From assembly GCA_049976505.1 (NCBI GenBank), contig JBMFIC010000001.1, positions 19,985 through 83,984 of the forward strand: a DNA stretch of 64,000 nucleotides, in the 5' to 3' direction. Positions 27,039 to 36,514 of this stretch are shown in pieces. A model generated the notes under the pieces. The model ran no database searches. It was not told where the DNA came from and worked only from the letters and a program-made list of their open reading frames with translations. The DNA comes from Nitrososphaeria archaeon. GTDB taxonomy: Archaea; Thermoproteota; Nitrososphaeria; Conexivisphaerales; UBA164. The position numbers and the translations under genes were made by a program. The first letter of the stretch is position 1, and each line of letters starts with the position of its first letter.

Positions 27039-27863
27039 TCATATGACGCCAATTTTGTAGAGCATGTATATACCTACTAGCAGTATGATGATTCCGTACG
27101 CTATTCTAAGCGTCTTCTTTGGCACCTTTACGGCCAGCGAGGTTCCTGCATACCCACCTCCAACGCCTCCAATGACATAAAGGAGAGCAACAAGAAGAAG
27201 GCTTTCGCCGTAAACTGCGTATTCAAGTCCGCTTGCAACTCCAAAAGTTCCAACGGATATCAGGCTTGTTCCAACGGCCCTGGTTATGCAGAGGCCAGCT
27301 GAGAACATTAGGCTTGGAACTATCAGAAAACCTCCTCCGATTCCAAAGTATCCGCTCACAAGGCCAACGATGAACCCGAAGACTGATACCTTTGCGGCAG
27401 CGCTTCCCGTTAGCTTGGGACACTTTCTAACTGCTTCATCGAGCCTTGGACCCTCCTCAGCGGTTCCTGCTCTTGAGGGTTCCTTTTTAACTGCCATGTA
27501 CACGCCTAGCACTATCATAGCGAATGCGAAGTACATCAGAAGAGATCTCCCAGGCGTTATCCTGCCTAAGTAGGCTCCAAGCAGAGATCCTATGACACCT
27601 ACGCCAGCGAAGAGGGATCCAACCCTCACTGCTACGTTTCTCTTTCTAAGGTGCATGTATGAGTTCAGGTAAGCGTTTATTCCAACAGCTAGGGCAGTCG
27701 TTCCAATAGCTATGTGGGCTGCATTGGGAAGCGTGTCCAGCCCTACAAAGTAAAGAAACAGAGGGACGGCAAGAATGGAGCCGCCACCTCCTATGAGCCC
27801 CAGCGAAAACCCTACTATTATGCCCGAAATCACAGCCAGCACCAGCTGGAGGAGCGTCAGCAT
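27039..27863 (-). CDS. TauE/SafE-family anion (sulfite) exporter
   Basis: Duplicated GxGGG motifs (GLIGGGGSILAVPL and YFGIGGGFLIVP) in a polytopic membrane protein. Confidence 0.8.
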   Translation of the reverse strand: MLTLLQLVLAVISGIIVGFSLGLIGGGGSILAVPLFLYFVGLDTLPNAAHIAIGTTALAVGINAYLNSYMHLRKRNVAVRVGSLFAGVGVIGSLLGAYLGRITPGRSLLMYFAFAMIVLGVYMAVKKEPSRAGTAEEGPRLDEAVRKCPKLTGSAAAKVSVFGFIVGLVSGYFGIGGGFLIVPSLMFSAGLCITRAVGTSLISVGTFGVASGLEYAVYGESLLLVALLYVIGGVGGGYAGTSLAVKVPKKTLRIAYGIIILLVGIYMLYKIGVI

Positions 27864-27996
27864 AGGTGTTAATTGATGATCTAAATTATAAATTTAGTCC
27901 AAAAAATTCTTATAAGAGAAAAATTTTCATAAAAAAGAAAACGCTTCAATTTATTTACTGTATTGTATTTGATGAGCTTATATTTTGAATGTGAAA

Positions 27997-28072
27997 TGCG
28001 GTCGGCGGGATTTGAACCCGCGATCTTCAGCTTGGAGGGCTGACGTCCTAGACCAGGCTAGACGACGACCGC
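27997..28072 (-). tRNA. tRNA-Gly (anticodon UCC), unusual C33
   Basis: Hand fold: acceptor GCGGTCG/CGACCGC, anticodon stem TCAGC/GCTGA with loop CCTCCAA, T arm GCGGG-TTCAAAT-CCCGC. Length is 76 nt. It shares acceptor, anticodon-stem and T arms with the tRNA at 46622-46695. Confidence 0.8.
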
Positions 28073-28217
28073 ATCTGAATACTTTTTATGTGGTTCAGAT
28101 TTAAATTTAACTCTTGACTTTTAAGAACATCTTAGTCAACGGTCTAAAAGCTCGTCGAATTTAATGGCACACCGGAAATACAATTATTAGATAGCGCGTG
28201 CACAAATATTGTTAAAG

Positions 28218-28766
28218 ATGTTGAACCTGCAGGGTCTTCAGCGCGTCAGGATGAAACCTACCGACGAGTACAGATGGGCAAGCGTAGCGCTTATTGTTGA
28301 TGCCGAGACTGACGAGCTTCTCCTTATCAAAAGGGCCGAGAACGCAAACGACCCATGGAGCGGCAACGTCGCAGCTCCGGGAGGAGTGTATGAGGAAAGG
28401 GATGGAGATCTCTTTGAAACTGCGGTTAGAGAGACGAAGGAAGAAATAGGCGTAGATCTCGGTTTTAATGAATTTGTTGGCGTCCTTACTCCTAGCCATC
28501 CATCAAACACAAGCATAATAAGGGTGCTCCCGCACGTCTTTGAAGTGAAGGGCAAGGTACCAACTCAGATAAACAGAGCTGAAGTGGAATACGTCTTCTG
28601 GCTGCCGCTTAGGATGACCCCCTTGATGGTGAGGCCATACTCTTACGGCTCGCTCTACAAGAGCTGGGCAATATATTACCAGAACAACGTAATATGGGGT
28701 ATGACGTACAGGATCATAAAAGAGCTCCTGATGAAAGCTAATATTGCGGAACTGCCTGACAGCTAA
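28218..28766 (+). CDS. NUDIX hydrolase, CoA-pyrophosphatase-like
   Basis: Nudix box GGVYEERDGDLFETAVRETKEEIG, preceded by LLLIKRAEN...G....PGG, which is a CoAse-type upstream motif. The start is ambiguous (28209 TTG, 28218 ATG or 28251 ATG). Confidence 0.7.
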   Translation: MLNLQGLQRVRMKPTDEYRWASVALIVDAETDELLLIKRAENANDPWSGNVAAPGGVYEERDGDLFETAVRETKEEIGVDLGFNEFVGVLTPSHPSNTSIIRVLPHVFEVKGKVPTQINRAEVEYVFWLPLRMTPLMVRPYSYGSLYKSWAIYYQNNVIWGMTYRIIKELLMKANIAELPDS

Positions 28767-28767
28767 C

Positions 28768-29583
28768 ATGAGCGGCCCTGAGGACATTATAAGAGAGCTG
28801 GCCTCCGATTACGTCCATGGCGCGTCATACTATTATGATAGGTCGGTCGACCTTTTTGAGCTTCTCAACAGGTACGATGAAGGCTACGCTAAGGCGCTCG
28901 CAGAGACGAGACCCGGAATGGCTTCCGTCATGAACGTGATAGAGGCCTTCAGGATTGGAGCAGAAATGGGACTGCCTACATCCAAAGTAGCCAAAGCGCT
29001 GAGAAGAATAAAGGCCGAAAGCGAGGATAGGCTTTCAGAATACTCGCTGGAAGCTTCAAGCGTTGCCACGGTGAGTTTCTCCTCAAACGTGCTCAACCTA
29101 ATAAAGAGGTCTCAGGTAAAGCATGTATATCTTATAGATACCGAGCCATCGCTTGAAACCAAGGCTGCCTTGGAAGCGCTCTCAAAGTTTGCAACGGTCA
29201 CTCTAATACCGCTCAGCTCCTCGTACAGTTATGTTGAGTACAGCGAGGCTTTTCTGAGCGGCTTTGACGGCCTGTACTCCTCGGGCCATTTCGTCAACAA
29301 GGCTGGAACTTTCGAGGCAAGCTGTGCCGCCAGAGAAAAGGGTGTTAAGACCGTGATAGTTGGAGAATCCTTTAAGGCCTACGATGGGTTCCCACCGCCG
29401 CCATTAAAAGTAAAGTGGAACGGCATAAGCGTGCCTCTCTTTGAGAGCGTGCCTCTCAGGTACGTGGACGTGCTGATCACGGACATGGGACAGATTGAGA
29501 GGCCCGAACCTGAGGACGTCTACAAAATTAAAAATGGCTTTCTGGAATGGGTAAAAAGCTACTTAGCTGAAGGGGATCTTTAG
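28768..29583 (+). CDS. eIF-2B alpha/beta/delta-like family protein (ribose-1,5-bisphosphate / MTR-1-P isomerase family)
   Basis: The C-terminal Rossmann-like block ..FLSGFDGLYSSGHFVNKAGTFEASCAAREKGVKTVIVGESFK matches the family core (GaD..NG..NKiGT). ATG 28768 lies 1 nt after the Nudix stop. Confidence 0.55.
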   Translation: MSGPEDIIRELASDYVHGASYYYDRSVDLFELLNRYDEGYAKALAETRPGMASVMNVIEAFRIGAEMGLPTSKVAKALRRIKAESEDRLSEYSLEASSVATVSFSSNVLNLIKRSQVKHVYLIDTEPSLETKAALEALSKFATVTLIPLSSSYSYVEYSEAFLSGFDGLYSSGHFVNKAGTFEASCAAREKGVKTVIVGESFKAYDGFPPPPLKVKWNGISVPLFESVPLRYVDVLITDMGQIERPEPEDVYKIKNGFLEWVKSYLAEGDL

Positions 29584-29829
29584 ATATTTCAATGGGATGT
29601 CCTGATACTGGCCATCTGGCATAGTTCTCCTAATAAGTATGGGGATGAGCTTCTGTTTAACTTCGGCCTCAGCTATTTCGAACACGTTCTTAAAGTTTCC
29701 CTGAATAAATGGAGGGGCTCCCATGGAAAGCATCATGGCCCTCGCGCCTATAATTCTCGCGTACTCATATTTAGTTAGTGTTTCAGGGCCAATAATAATC
29801 TTAAAAGAACCCTTAGAGTCCTCAGCCAT
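29563..29829 (-). CDS. rpoK: DNA-directed RNA polymerase subunit K (Rpo6)
   Basis: LTKYEYARIIGARAMMLSMGAPP is the RpoK/Rpb6 signature. The length is 88 aa. Confidence 0.85.
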   Translation of the reverse strand: MAEDSKGSFKIIIGPETLTKYEYARIIGARAMMLSMGAPPFIQGNFKNVFEIAEAEVKQKLIPILIRRTMPDGQYQDIPLKYLKIPFS

Positions 29830-29943
29830 ACTTTCATTATAAGCTTAAAAAAGCGTTTTAAACCTTTCTATATTTTGCATTGGCCATGACAGTTTTTGAA
29901 GCCAAATTTAACGTTTAAATCTTCGAAGTTAGTCTTAGCTCTC

Positions 29944-30432
29944 ATGAGCATAAGGATAGAAGCGGTTAGCGTTGATGTCCCTCAGGGGTACAACGTAATT
30001 CTTGGACAGTCCCATTTCATAAAGACGGTGGAGGATCTTTATGAAACCCTCGCATGCTCATCACCAGCGCTGAAGTTCGGAATAGCTTTCTGTGAATCCA
30101 GCGGAAAGGCGCTGATCAGGTACGACGGAAACGATAAAGCGTGTATAGATCTGGCGGTGGAGAACGCTAAGAAGATTGGGGCCGGCCATTCCTTCATCAT
30201 ATACCTGAGGGAGGGGTATCCCATAAACGTCCTGAACAGGATAAAGTCCGTGGAGGAGGTGGACTGCATATACGCTTCAACGGGCAACCCTTTAACAGTA
30301 GTTGTTGCCGACAACGGAAACGGCAGGGGCATACTGGGGGTCATAGACGGCGTCAAGCCGAAGGGCGTTGAGGGGGAGGAGGACAAGAAGGAAAGACACG
30401 ACTTTCTGAGAAAAATAGGATACAAAAAATGA
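29944..30432 (+). CDS. Adenosine-specific-kinase family (PF04008-like) protein
   Basis: [55 protein letters not shown] matches the family as I recall it. ATG 29944 is preferred over TTG 29896. Confidence 0.55.
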   Translation: MSIRIEAVSVDVPQGYNVILGQSHFIKTVEDLYETLACSSPALKFGIAFCESSGKALIRYDGNDKACIDLAVENAKKIGAGHSFIIYLREGYPINVLNRIKSVEEVDCIYASTGNPLTVVVADNGNGRGILGVIDGVKPKGVEGEEDKKERHDFLRKIGYKK

Positions 30433-30471
30433 GCGCTAAATTTTATAACAGCATCTCTATTTGAACTTCTG

Positions 30472-31440
30472 TTGAAGTGTTCAATCTGCGGTAAGGAGGC
30501 TGTCAGGTTTATACCTTATGCTAATATAGCTCTTTGCAGAGAGCACTTCATACAATGGTTTGAGAAAAGGTTCTTCAGGCATCTCGAGGAGTACAAAATA
30601 CTTGATGGGAGCAGAAAGGTAGCAGTAGCAGTTTCAGGAGGAAAGGACAGCGTAACCTTGCTTCATCTCCTCAAAAAAGCATCTGAAAGATATGGCTTTA
30701 AGCTGTTTGGGATCACGATTGACCTTGGCATAGATAGAGGAACTCAGTACTCCAGAAAGAGCGTTGAGATCGCGGTGTCCAACTTCAGGCAGCTCAACGT
30801 GGATTACGAAGTGGTCCCCCTTAAGGAATCGTACGGGTTCACCATAGATGAATCAAAGACGAAGATCAACAGGCCCGTGTGCAGCACCTGTGGTCTTGTG
30901 AAAAGGTATGTGATGAGCGAAGTAGCTGAAAGAAATGGAGCTGACACTCTTGCAACCGGACACAACCTGGACGACATGGCGCAGTATGTTCTCTCAGCGT
31001 ACGTTCACGGAGATCTTGAATATGTTCTCAGGAACGGTCCGGTTACACCTCCAAAGCCCGGCTTTCCGGTAAAGAAGGTCAAACCCCTTTTCCTTACCCC
31101 TGAGGAGGAAATTCTGCACTATGCCCTGCTTAATGGATTCCAGTTCATTTACGATCCTTGCCCCTATTCTGAGGAATTCAACAGGGTCTCCAAGGAAAAG
31201 CTTGGACTGATAATCAAAAGGGTTGAAAAGGAGTACCCAGGGTTTGCGGCTGGACTCGTCAGAACGTTCGAAAGGGAGATCAGGCCCAGGCTTTCAGCAG
31301 AGAGCAGGCCGGCAGAGCTGGGCAGGTGCAAGATCTGTGGAAGGGCCACATCGCCAGGCAGGGATATCTGTTCCTTCTGCTCCATCAGGATTAAGCTTAC
31401 AGGAATTGGCACATCTCACAACGAAGCAAGGAACTCCTGA
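30472..31440 (+). CDS. tRNA 2-thiolation PP-loop ATPase (TtuA/NcsA family), paralog 2
   Basis: CSICG...CREH, PP-loop VAVSGGKDS, CSTCG, GHNLDD, and C-terminal CKICG..CSFC. The architecture matches 12233-13168. Confidence 0.8.
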   Translation: MKCSICGKEAVRFIPYANIALCREHFIQWFEKRFFRHLEEYKILDGSRKVAVAVSGGKDSVTLLHLLKKASERYGFKLFGITIDLGIDRGTQYSRKSVEIAVSNFRQLNVDYEVVPLKESYGFTIDESKTKINRPVCSTCGLVKRYVMSEVAERNGADTLATGHNLDDMAQYVLSAYVHGDLEYVLRNGPVTPPKPGFPVKKVKPLFLTPEEEILHYALLNGFQFIYDPCPYSEEFNRVSKEKLGLIIKRVEKEYPGFAAGLVRTFEREIRPRLSAESRPAELGRCKICGRATSPGRDICSFCSIRIKLTGIGTSHNEARNS

Positions 31441-31997
31441 ACAGCTGCGTTGAACTTTTCAGGCTCCTCCAGATAGCATGGATGAATCTTTCCCACTATC
31501 TTAAGCTTTGCGTTCTTGAGGTTCTTCAGGAGAATCATATAGTTCTCCTTGGGAGAAATGCTGTCCTCCGCTCCCCAGATGAGCAGGGCTGGCTTATCGG
31601 ATATTAAGTTAAGTCTGCTCTCGTACATCCATACACCTACGGCGCCTATCAGGATCAGCCCAATTATCCTGTTAGGGTTGAGTACGGAATACTCGAGCGC
31701 CTCCTTTCCTCCCAACGATGCGCCCATGATCACGAACTCGTTTAGCCCCAGAACATTGGCAAACTTTGAAATAAAGGCCGAAATCGTGCCGAACTCGCCC
31801 TTCTCGCTCTTGCCAAACCCCGGCATATCTACCGCTATGGCTCTCCATCCGATCGAGGATATCGCGCTGAGCGTCCCGGTTTTAACCCAGACATCAGCGT
31901 TAAAAGAAGCTCCGTGCAGGATCAGAACGGGCCGGCCAGACCCTTCGTCAATAAATCTGATTCTTGCTCCATCGAGCTCAATGTAAGTCTCTTTCAA
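31416..31997 (-). CDS. Alpha/beta-fold hydrolase
   Basis: HG oxyanion motif (VLILHGASF) and nucleophile elbow GASLGG. It has a 25-nt convergent overlap with the preceding gene. Confidence 0.7.
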   Translation of the reverse strand: MKETYIELDGARIRFIDEGSGRPVLILHGASFNADVWVKTGTLSAISSIGWRAIAVDMPGFGKSEKGEFGTISAFISKFANVLGLNEFVIMGASLGGKEALEYSVLNPNRIIGLILIGAVGVWMYESRLNLISDKPALLIWGAEDSISPKENYMILLKNLKNAKLKIVGKIHPCYLEEPEKFNAAVQEFLASL

Positions 31998-32059
31998 TCT
32001 GAACTACCTTGCTTATCAATAGTTTAATAGTTTTCGTCAAGACCTTCTTTTTGATCGGC

Positions 32060-32530
32060 CTAATCGTAGTAGCTTTCAATCATTTGCTGAGAAGCCCCGG
32101 TGATATCCATATATCTTGAAACTCCGAACTCCTGAATAATCCTTCTGAACGATGAACCCATTCCCGTCTTCCACCTCTTGAACAGAAGCTGTTCCTCGCT
32201 TGAGTTGTGCTCAAGGAGTACTTTAAGATAGAGCGGTATTCTCGTCCTGAGGAGCTCATGGTCGCCCTTGGCCAGCCAGTTCGATATGTTACTGCCCAAT
32301 GTAGCGATAAGCCTGTGATCTGCCGAGACCCTCATGACCGTCTTTCTGAAGTCTTCGTCTTCATATGCGGCTATGAGCTTGGGAAAAACTATCTCATCTT
32401 CATGTCTGGCGTGGCAGTTTATCACGAAATCGTTAAAGTCGTTGAACTTCGTGTACCAGTACTCGATAGGGTTTCTGGATAAAATCCTTATAACAGAGTG
32501 TTCAAATAAAAGGACACTGATAGAGTCCAC
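32060..32530 (-). CDS. Hypothetical protein, hemerythrin/HHE-like cation-binding domain candidate
   Basis: Spaced His/Glu/Asp positions (FEHS.., HARHEDE, SADH, LEHNSSEE) in an all-helical-looking 156 aa protein. The assignment is weak. Confidence 0.35.
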   Translation of the reverse strand: MDSISVLLFEHSVIRILSRNPIEYWYTKFNDFNDFVINCHARHEDEIVFPKLIAAYEDEDFRKTVMRVSADHRLIATLGSNISNWLAKGDHELLRTRIPLYLKVLLEHNSSEEQLLFKRWKTGMGSSFRRIIQEFGVSRYMDITGASQQMIESYYD

Positions 32531-32581
32531 ACTTTTTCTTTCTTAACTATATATATAACCATTGTTCACAGGATCTTTGAT

Positions 32582-33451
32582 ATGCGCTTTGGAGTAATTG
32601 GGGTGGGAAGGTGGGGACAGAACCACGTTAGGGCCCTGAAGGAGCTTGGTCTCCTGTACGGCGTCTTTGATGTTAACAGGGAAAGAGCGGAGCAGATATC
32701 ACGGGCTTTCGATGTGAAGGCATTTGAAAGCCTTGAGGATGAGGAGCTGAAGACGCTCGATGCAGCGGTGGTGGCAGTTCCAGCAACCCTACATCATGAG
32801 GTAGCAATCCCCCTTATAAAGAAGGGCCTGAGCCTTCTGATAGAAAAGCCGGCCGCGACCTCAAAGGAGGAAGTCTTAAAAATTTCAACGCTCGCTAAGG
32901 AAGTCGGCGTAAAGGTCGGAGTCGGATACATCGAAAGGTTTAACCCCGCCTTCCTGAGGGTCAGACAGTGCGTTAAGCGCCCTGTTAGGGCATCGTTTTA
33001 CAGGATATCCCCTTCAGCCAACATCTCCGATGTTGGCGTCGTTTTTGACCTCATGATTCATGATATTAACCTTTCAAACTACCTTTTTGGCAGGCCCGAA
33101 ATAGCATACAGGAAAACCGAGACGGACAAGGGAGTACATGAAACAAGCGCTGAGGCGGTGCTTAACTATGGAACGGTGACTTCTTATATTGCTGCCAGCT
33201 GGAAAACTCCTGGAAAGATGAGAAAGATTCTGATTTACGGTGACGAGGAACTTATTGAGGCTGATCTGATAAATAAGAAGGTAATCTGTCAGACTCCTTC
33301 TGGGACCTATACCTTCGATGAAAAGCCGAGGGATCAGCTTAAGGACGAGCTGGAGGCTTTTGCGAGGTACATCAGGGGTGAGGCTGAGTTTCCGGATATA
33401 GATGAAGCTGTCGTGGACGTGGAAGTCGCGGAAAGGGTGCTAAGAGGATGA
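32582..33451 (+). CDS. Gfo/Idh/MocA-family NAD(P)-dependent oxidoreductase
   Basis: MRFGVIGVGRWGQNH Rossmann start and an EKP motif (LLIEKPAA). Confidence 0.75.
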   Translation: MRFGVIGVGRWGQNHVRALKELGLLYGVFDVNRERAEQISRAFDVKAFESLEDEELKTLDAAVVAVPATLHHEVAIPLIKKGLSLLIEKPAATSKEEVLKISTLAKEVGVKVGVGYIERFNPAFLRVRQCVKRPVRASFYRISPSANISDVGVVFDLMIHDINLSNYLFGRPEIAYRKTETDKGVHETSAEAVLNYGTVTSYIAASWKTPGKMRKILIYGDEELIEADLINKKVICQTPSGTYTFDEKPRDQLKDELEAFARYIRGEAEFPDIDEAVVDVEVAERVLRG

Positions 33452-34365
33452 AGCCCGTTTACAGAAGGGTATCTGTAAAGAGCCCTATGAGCTCGGCCAA
33501 CCTTTCGGCTGGCTTCGACGTAATGGGGGTTGCGCTTGACGCATATTATGACGAGCTCGATATCGAGCTCGATATAAGTTCATCATCGCTGGAGGTTATA
33601 TCAAACGTTCCTTTGCCGGACGACAACACCGCAAGAAAAGCGGCCGAGCTCTTTTATAAAAAGCTTGGAAGGGTCATCGGGACCAGAATCTTTCTCAGAA
33701 AGGGCATACCAGCAGGCATGGGTCTTGGCTCAAGCGGGGCCTCAGCAGCTGGAGTGGCTTTTGGACTTAACCTTGCCTTCGGATCGCCCCTAAAGCTGGA
33801 AGAGCTCATAGACATCGCAGCGAGATCGGAGAAATCGCCGCATGCCGATAACGTCTCTGCAAGCATCCTAGGAGGGTTTGCAATTGTGCATTCACGAGAG
33901 CCGTATTCTGCGTTTTCTATTTACCGGGACTGGAAATTTATGCTCATAATACCAAATGAGGAGCCTCCAGCTGATAAGACCGCAAAGCTAAGAATGGCTC
34001 TGGGCGAACCGGTACCCTTTGAGCTCTACGTGCAGGAAAAGTTCGCCTATAATTCTCTGCTTAAAGGCCTCCTGTACGATGACCGTGTTTCCTTCGGAAT
34101 GGGGATGAACCTGGAAAGCTACCATCAGATCGTGAGAGGAAGATCAGGGCTTTATGACGCTTATTACAGGCTTAAAAACAGGATTCTGGAAGCTGGCGCT
34201 CTTGGGGTATGCATAAGCGGCGCTGGGCCTTCAATTCTCGTTCTTCCAGGGGAGAACACCAAGCTTTTTGAAATAGAGAAGATTGTAGCTGATATGGGAA
34301 TAAACGCCAAAGTTATAGAAAGCAGAGTGAGCAAAGGCGTTGAAAAGATAAAAGTTGAGATGTAG
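33448..34365 (+). CDS. thrB: Homoserine kinase (GHMP family)
   Basis: SSANLSAGFDVMGVAL, GHMP motif PAGMGLGSSGASAAG, HADNVSASILGG and ISGAGPS. The catalytic motifs are intact. Confidence 0.8.
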   Translation: MKPVYRRVSVKSPMSSANLSAGFDVMGVALDAYYDELDIELDISSSSLEVISNVPLPDDNTARKAAELFYKKLGRVIGTRIFLRKGIPAGMGLGSSGASAAGVAFGLNLAFGSPLKLEELIDIAARSEKSPHADNVSASILGGFAIVHSREPYSAFSIYRDWKFMLIIPNEEPPADKTAKLRMALGEPVPFELYVQEKFAYNSLLKGLLYDDRVSFGMGMNLESYHQIVRGRSGLYDAYYRLKNRILEAGALGVCISGAGPSILVLPGENTKLFEIEKIVADMGINAKVIESRVSKGVEKIKVEM

Positions 34366-34366
34366 C

Positions 34367-34753
34367 TTACTTGAGAGGCACGTACAGCGAGGATCTGCTC
34401 GCTCCAATGCCAGGCGTTCCGTGAACTACCTTCTTAACCGTATGCGCGTACTCTCCAAGATAGTGTCCTATCATCTCAGGCTTTATCTCAACCTCAACGA
34501 ACTCCTTTCCGTTGTAAACCTGGAACTTCTTTCCGACCATTGATGGAAGTATAATGAGATCCCTCTCGTGGGTCTTAATTGGTCCCTTGCTTTTCTTCAT
34601 CTTTTCGAACAGAACGCTCTTGCTGCGATATGTCGAGCTAAGCCTTTTAAGAGATCTGCGGGCCCTAGCTGGCAGAAGCTCAAGGAGCTCATCCATCGGC
34701 ATCTTCTGCAGCTGCTCTATCGTATAGCCCCTGTACCTGAACTCCTTTACCAT
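34367..34753 (-). CDS. rps19: 30S ribosomal protein S19 (uS19)
   Basis: ..GKEFVEVEIKPEMIGHYLGEYAHT..HG.PG. It is the last gene of the L3-L4-L23-L2-S19 string. Confidence 0.9.
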   Translation of the reverse strand: MVKEFRYRGYTIEQLQKMPMDELLELLPARARRSLKRLSSTYRSKSVLFEKMKKSKGPIKTHERDLIILPSMVGKKFQVYNGKEFVEVEIKPEMIGHYLGEYAHTVKKVVHGTPGIGASRSSLYVPLK

Positions 34754-34796
34754 CGTTTATCACCTACCTGGATTTGCAATAAAAGTTTTTTGCAAT

Positions 34797-35513
34797 TTAC
34801 TTCCCCCTTCCTGTCTTCCTTGCAGCTATATGTCCTACCTTCCTGCCAGGTGGAGTATTTCTTGCAACCGTTGTCGGCTTGCCAGGGTGCTGGTGCCTTC
34901 CTCCGCCATGCGGGTGATACACTGCTGCCATGGCAACACCCCTTACGAGTGGCCACTTCCTTCCTCTTGCTCTCATGTATCTCAGCTTTCTGCCTGCCTT
35001 GAGGAATGGCTTCTCAGATGCGCCGCCTCCAGCCGCTATTCCAACCGTAGCCCGTGAGGTGCTTGGTATAAGTACCTTCTTGCCGGAAGGCATCTTGATG
35101 CTTGTGAACTCTCCTTCGTGGCCCATGACGATCGCATACGTTCCAGCTGCCCTGACGAACTTGCCGCCGTCATTGAACACCTTCTCGATGTTGAATATCA
35201 TCGTTCCTTCAGGCAGTTGTCCCAGCGGCAGCACGTTTCCGTCTCTAACTGGAGCCTGTGGACCTATTACAACGCTCTGCCCTACTTCAAGACCCCTAGC
35301 AGCTATGACGTACACGGTCTCTCCTTTATCCGACTCCAGAACCGCTATAGGGGCATGTCTGCCTCTTTCATGAATTATGTCCTTTACTTCATAAGTTCTA
35401 GTTTCGTTCGGCTCCATTACAGGGTACTTTGCCGGAGCAACCTTTCCCTTCTTAGCGCTCCTGAACTGTGGCGCACCCTTTCCTCTTCTCTGCGGCAGTA
35501 TCCTTTTACCCAT
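34797..35513 (-). CDS. rpl2: 50S ribosomal protein L2 (uL2)
   Basis: RGVAMAAVYHPHGGG..HQHPGKP..PGRKVG is the classical L2 C-terminus. Confidence 0.95.
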   Translation of the reverse strand: MGKRILPQRRGKGAPQFRSAKKGKVAPAKYPVMEPNETRTYEVKDIIHERGRHAPIAVLESDKGETVYVIAARGLEVGQSVVIGPQAPVRDGNVLPLGQLPEGTMIFNIEKVFNDGGKFVRAAGTYAIVMGHEGEFTSIKMPSGKKVLIPSTSRATVGIAAGGGASEKPFLKAGRKLRYMRARGRKWPLVRGVAMAAVYHPHGGGRHQHPGKPTTVARNTPPGRKVGHIAARKTGRGK

Positions 35514-35514
35514 T

Positions 35515-35781
35515 TTACATCACCCCTAGCTTTGAGGCAAGCTCAGTTGCCTTGAAGCTCGGATCAAGCTTTACGTATGCCTTCTTGCCCTGCTTTCCTA
35601 TTAAAGTGTTCACCTTTACAACCTTAACGCCATACAGAAGCTCAACGGCCTCCTTAATCTGGTGCTTGTTTGCCTTTTCATCCACTAAGAAGGTCAGCTT
35701 GTTCTCCGAAGTTATCATGTTTACGGTCTTTTCTGTCTTCACTATACCCTTTATAATCCTGTAGGCATCATTAATGTCCAT
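35515..35781 (-). CDS. rpl23: 50S ribosomal protein L23 (uL23)
   Basis: MDINDAYRIIKGIVKTEKT...FLVDEKANKHQIKEAVE..V.KVNTL. ATG 35781 is preferred; it overlaps the L4 stop. Confidence 0.9.
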   Translation of the reverse strand: MDINDAYRIIKGIVKTEKTVNMITSENKLTFLVDEKANKHQIKEAVELLYGVKVVKVNTLIGKQGKKAYVKLDPSFKATELASKLGVM

Positions 35782-36514
35782 AGACGCCCACCTCCCTGAA
35801 CCTCTCCTCAAGAGCCTTAAGAGCAGACTCTGTGTATATCACGAGCCTGCCTGGCTTTCCACCGGGCGCAAGATCCAGGACGCTCAGGTTTCTGGCTGTA
35901 ACTGCATCAACGCCGCTTATGTTCTTTGCAGCCCTTATTAAGGGAGACGCCTTGCTTACAACGAAAAGCGGTCCCGCGCCTTTCTCCTTTATCCTTCTGA
36001 GCTCATCGGCCATTCCGAGCTTGAGGAGAAGCCTCTCGACGTCCTTAGTTTTGCTTATGCCTTCAACGTCATCAGTTACTACTAGCGGCACCACACCATC
36101 GTATCTATGACCTCTTTCTTTGACCAGCCTTATGTTTGCTGTGGAGGCTATTGCAGACAGCGTTGCCATAAGCCTTTCCTTCTTGTTTATTTTCTTGTAT
36201 ATTTTCTTCGCAGCCTTGGGAGGATGCGCAAGCCTTCCCTTAACTACGCTGGCAACGCCGCCGGCCTGGCCTGCTCTGGGCGTTCCTGAGCCCTTGATCC
36301 TAGCTATCCTCGCGATGCCATATCCGGTTCCCCATGATTCTGCCGATACCTTCATGCCCGCTGTAGGATCCCTGCCCTTTGGCTGAAGCCTGTGAGTAAA
36401 TAATATCCAGAACGCCCTCTCTATAAGCCTCCTGTTGACCTTTGAGCTGAAGAGCTCCGGCAGCTCTATCTCCTTCACAGCTTTCCCCTCTACATCAAAA
36501 ACGCTTGCTTTCAT
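35771..36514 (-). CDS. rpl4: 50S ribosomal protein L4 (uL4)
   Basis: Position in the operon, plus GRDPTAG..SWGTG.GIARI.R..G and a 247 aa length. Confidence 0.9.
   Translation of the reverse strand: MKASVFDVEGKAVKEIELPELFSSKVNRRLIERAFWILFTHRLQPKGRDPTAGMKVSAESWGTGYGIARIARIKGSGTPRAGQAGGVASVVKGRLAHPPKAAKKIYKKINKKERLMATLSAIASTANIRLVKERGHRYDGVVPLVVTDDVEGISKTKDVERLLLKLGMADELRRIKEKGAGPLFVVSKASPLIRAAKNISGVDAVTARNLSVLDLAPGGKPGRLVIYTESALKALEERFREVGVYGH

Noticed and set aside
27864-27996. Two TGATGA motifs (27872 and ~27970) and the palindrome CTAAATTATAAATTTAG
   Set aside because: No D box (CTGA) lies at the proper spacing. The palindrome coincides with the expected TATA region of the TauE-like gene promoter.
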